Shown here: positions 61,644 through 64,000 of the stretch, in pieces
Numbering within the stretch: position 1 is the first letter of the stretch
How the letters are laid out: each line of letters begins with the position of its first letter
Source of the DNA: Azolla caroliniana
Lineage: Eukaryota; Plantae; Polypodiophyta
DNA: 64,000 nucleotides
Assembly (NCBI GenBank): GCA_043228905.1
Contig: JBHGNT010000012.1
Location: 1,116,001 to 1,180,000 of the forward strand
Direction of reading: 5' to 3'
Made by a program: the position numbers and the translations under genes
Notes under the pieces: model-generated
What the model was told of the DNA's origin: nothing
The model's input: the letters and a program-made list of their open reading frames with translations, nothing else
The model's database searches: none

Positions 61644-62219
61644 ATGGTGGGAGAGAAGCAACATGTTTGTGCAACTTTGCGATGGGCAATGATAATACTA
61701 GTAATAGTAATAGCATCAACAGTGATGACATTGGTAAGGGCGACGGATGTAATAGATGTGTCCACACAAGGGAAATCAACAGAACGAAGGATGGTGTTCT
61801 ACATGCATGACATTCCTAGGACACCACATCCCACTGTGACCTTAGTGGCCAAGTCATTGAACAACAACCTAACAAATAGCGGCCTTGGTCTAACGTCTAT
61901 ATTTGATGACATGTTGACAGAGGGTCCTGATCCAAAATCACGCGAGATTGGGCGTGGCCAAGGAATGTATAGTGTTGCCTCGTCAAGGGGAGTTGACCTA
62001 TTGTTGGTCTTTACTGCTGTTTTTCACTATCCTCCACACCTCAATGGAAGTACGCTCTCTCTACTTGGGTCAGATAGTATTTTCCTTGCCACACGTGAAA
62101 TAGCAATCGTTGGTGGTACCGGCGTTTTTCGCTTTGCTCGTGGTGTTGCTTCCATCTCCACCATCTCTATCGATGGTCCTAATGCTATCCTCAAGTTTGA
62201 CATTACACTCATCGTCTAG
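61644..62219 (+). CDS. Dirigent-family protein (intronless, N-terminal signal or anchor sequence)
   Basis: VFYMHD, IFDDMLTEGPD..SREIGRGQGMY, NGSTLSLLG and REIAIVGGTGVFRFARG are the conserved dirigent motifs. Hydrophobic N-terminus. Start could alternatively be the ATG at 61689. Confidence 0.93.
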   Translation: MVGEKQHVCATLRWAMIILVIVIASTVMTLVRATDVIDVSTQGKSTERRMVFYMHDIPRTPHPTVTLVAKSLNNNLTNSGLGLTSIFDDMLTEGPDPKSREIGRGQGMYSVASSRGVDLLLVFTAVFHYPPHLNGSTLSLLGSDSIFLATREIAIVGGTGVFRFARGVASISTISIDGPNAILKFDITLIV

Positions 62220-64000
62220 TTGTCATCTAAATTTGAAAGGATGTCAAACTTTTTATTATGTTGGGCTTGGGGTAAATTTGAATTTTCTTTAATGAATTGT
62301 AGATGGAAATTTTATTAGGATCTCTAGTTAATTTCCAAATGTAATTCCCAAATGGTAGTCAATGTGAAGAAATCCTAAACACTTTATTTTCTTCCTTGTC
62401 ATCCTACATGTCTCATGCTCTTGGTTGTCCTCATTACTTTTATATTTTTTATGTTCTTGTCACCAATGTGTCATTCTCTCTTTTATTCAATGTTTCGATT
62501 GGATTGTTCAATTTTGTGTTTGCAAATATAACATCCTTGTCTAGGTTCCGCTTTGTTGTTCGAGGTTGAAACCCGATTGTTCGAATGCATTAGGTTACGC
62601 TTAAGCCAATTTTATTTGTGCTTGTCAATAATCACTTTCCTTATGAGAACCCAATAAGATGACCCAAATATTAATACCATGGAAAAAAATGGTATTTCAA
62701 TGAATTCTTTGGCACATACCAATTAACCACTCGAACCATATGTTGGATAGCTAATTTCGTACATCATAGAACCACACCATCCCCTTCCCCTAAAGGCGTA
62801 TATCATGTTTATGTGTTAAAGAAGTATGCGTGCATCCTACTACAAGGAACAATGTCATCCCCATCTCCCCGGTGCATATTTCTTCCATCATTGTTAAGCG
62901 CTTCTCAACAACATTTACTTATTTTATAAGATACGCATCAACAAAAATGTGGAATGAAGTGAGTATGTATGGGGAGATCTCCATTCTTAACTTCAAGAGT
63001 GTGTTGCACTTGAGGTGCAGAAATCTAAACACATTTTGATTCATGAAGATATATCCAATTACTTTAGTGAAACAACTTTTGATAATGAAAATATTCACTT
63101 CCGTCATACAAGGGTTTAAATATAACATGGTAGGATGGTCCATATCGCCCTACCTAACCAAATCAAATAGTTTTAGTATTATCATAATTTGTAGCATAGC
63201 ACAAACACCAACGAGTTCACAAAACACTCCATTGGACTTGCAATTCTCTAGATTGTCATTTCCGTCAAATTCATTGTGAGATAGGACTTGGAAACAAATA
63301 TAATTTGATTTACATGTTTTTGCTCTAAAAAGAGGAATGTTGTTATTTAAGGATCCCCAACTTTGCCACCAAAGAAATTGATTTGTAATGATTGTTTTTA
63401 TACAAGACATTAAAGCATATGGATATTTTTAATGAATCTCTTATTCAACAAATTTCCTACAATGATAATGGAGGTTCATGTGGTAGTGTAGATATATAAA
63501 GTGTGAAAGAAATGTTGCAAGCCAAACAATATGATGTGGGTGTGGAGCATAGAGATAGGTTTTGTTGTAACGACTTTGTAAGACATTGACGTATATAGAT
63601 GTTTTTAATGAACTATATGTGCATCGTATGTTTGTAGTCATGATGTACAAAGGGCTCATAGTCGAAATTAAATTTCACGCTTATGTTTGGTAGTTGCCCA
63701 ATTTTCTGGAACCCAATCTTGATACAATCCTTGTCTTTTAAGATGTTGGGTGATTAACGGGTTCATAACAAGGTCATTGAGAAATGTTTATAACAAGATC
63801 ATGAAAAAGTAAATTTGAAGTATGTATATAAACAAGGACTTACTAATTGGATGAGAAGTGTCAACACTTTCATGATTATCATTGCATGTTGGTGACACAA
63901 AACTATTCATTTCCACAAATGTCGAGATTTACATACAAGTACTCACTTTCGTGGGATCAACAGTAGGACTTTGCCATCATTTCCATATCTGATTTCAAAT

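Noticed and set aside
62800-64000. Possible decayed transposase on the minus strand
   Set aside because: Short broken ORFs with no motif I can confidently recognise; needs a translated HMM search.

Overview
Eukaryotic, almost certainly land-plant, genomic DNA. The inference is a non-seed plant such as a fern, from the Tcn1-like chromoviruses, the tRNA-Trp-primed Ty3 elements, heavy CG/CHG-type C>T decay and a dirigent gene. About 59 kb is one block of nested LTR retrotransposons: more than 20 insertions, up to 4 deep, resolved by hand from LTR termini, PBS/PPT and target-site duplications (TSDs). Three main groups occur. (i) A tRNA-Trp-primed Ty3/gypsy group with TGTCG...CGACA ends: near-intact A (1-6729), decayed E (17884-31836), gag-only D (21925-27416) and several solo or partial LTRs. 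(ii) Chromodomain-bearing Tcn1-like elements C1-C4; C1 (40888-46577) is very young. (iii) Ty1/copia elements B1-B4. The only host gene seen is an intronless dirigent-family gene (61644-62219). Main observations: all 11 scorable insertions of the Trp-primed group sit at N-C-G-N sites, with 4-bp TSDs wherever both flanks survive. Five LTR types from two Ty3 lineages carry an outward-facing antisense tRNA-like A-box/B-box module in U3. Conserved RNA signals are visible across copies: a -1 frameshift pseudoknot after the protease, a GUUAAC-type (G-UUA-AAC) slippery site plus hairpin, a Tf1-like self-priming duplex, a U5-leader stem and a pre-PPT hairpin. A 2.1-kb LTR element carries only an antisense coiled-coil ORF. 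Coordinates were read by eye, and lineage names are inferences, not database results.
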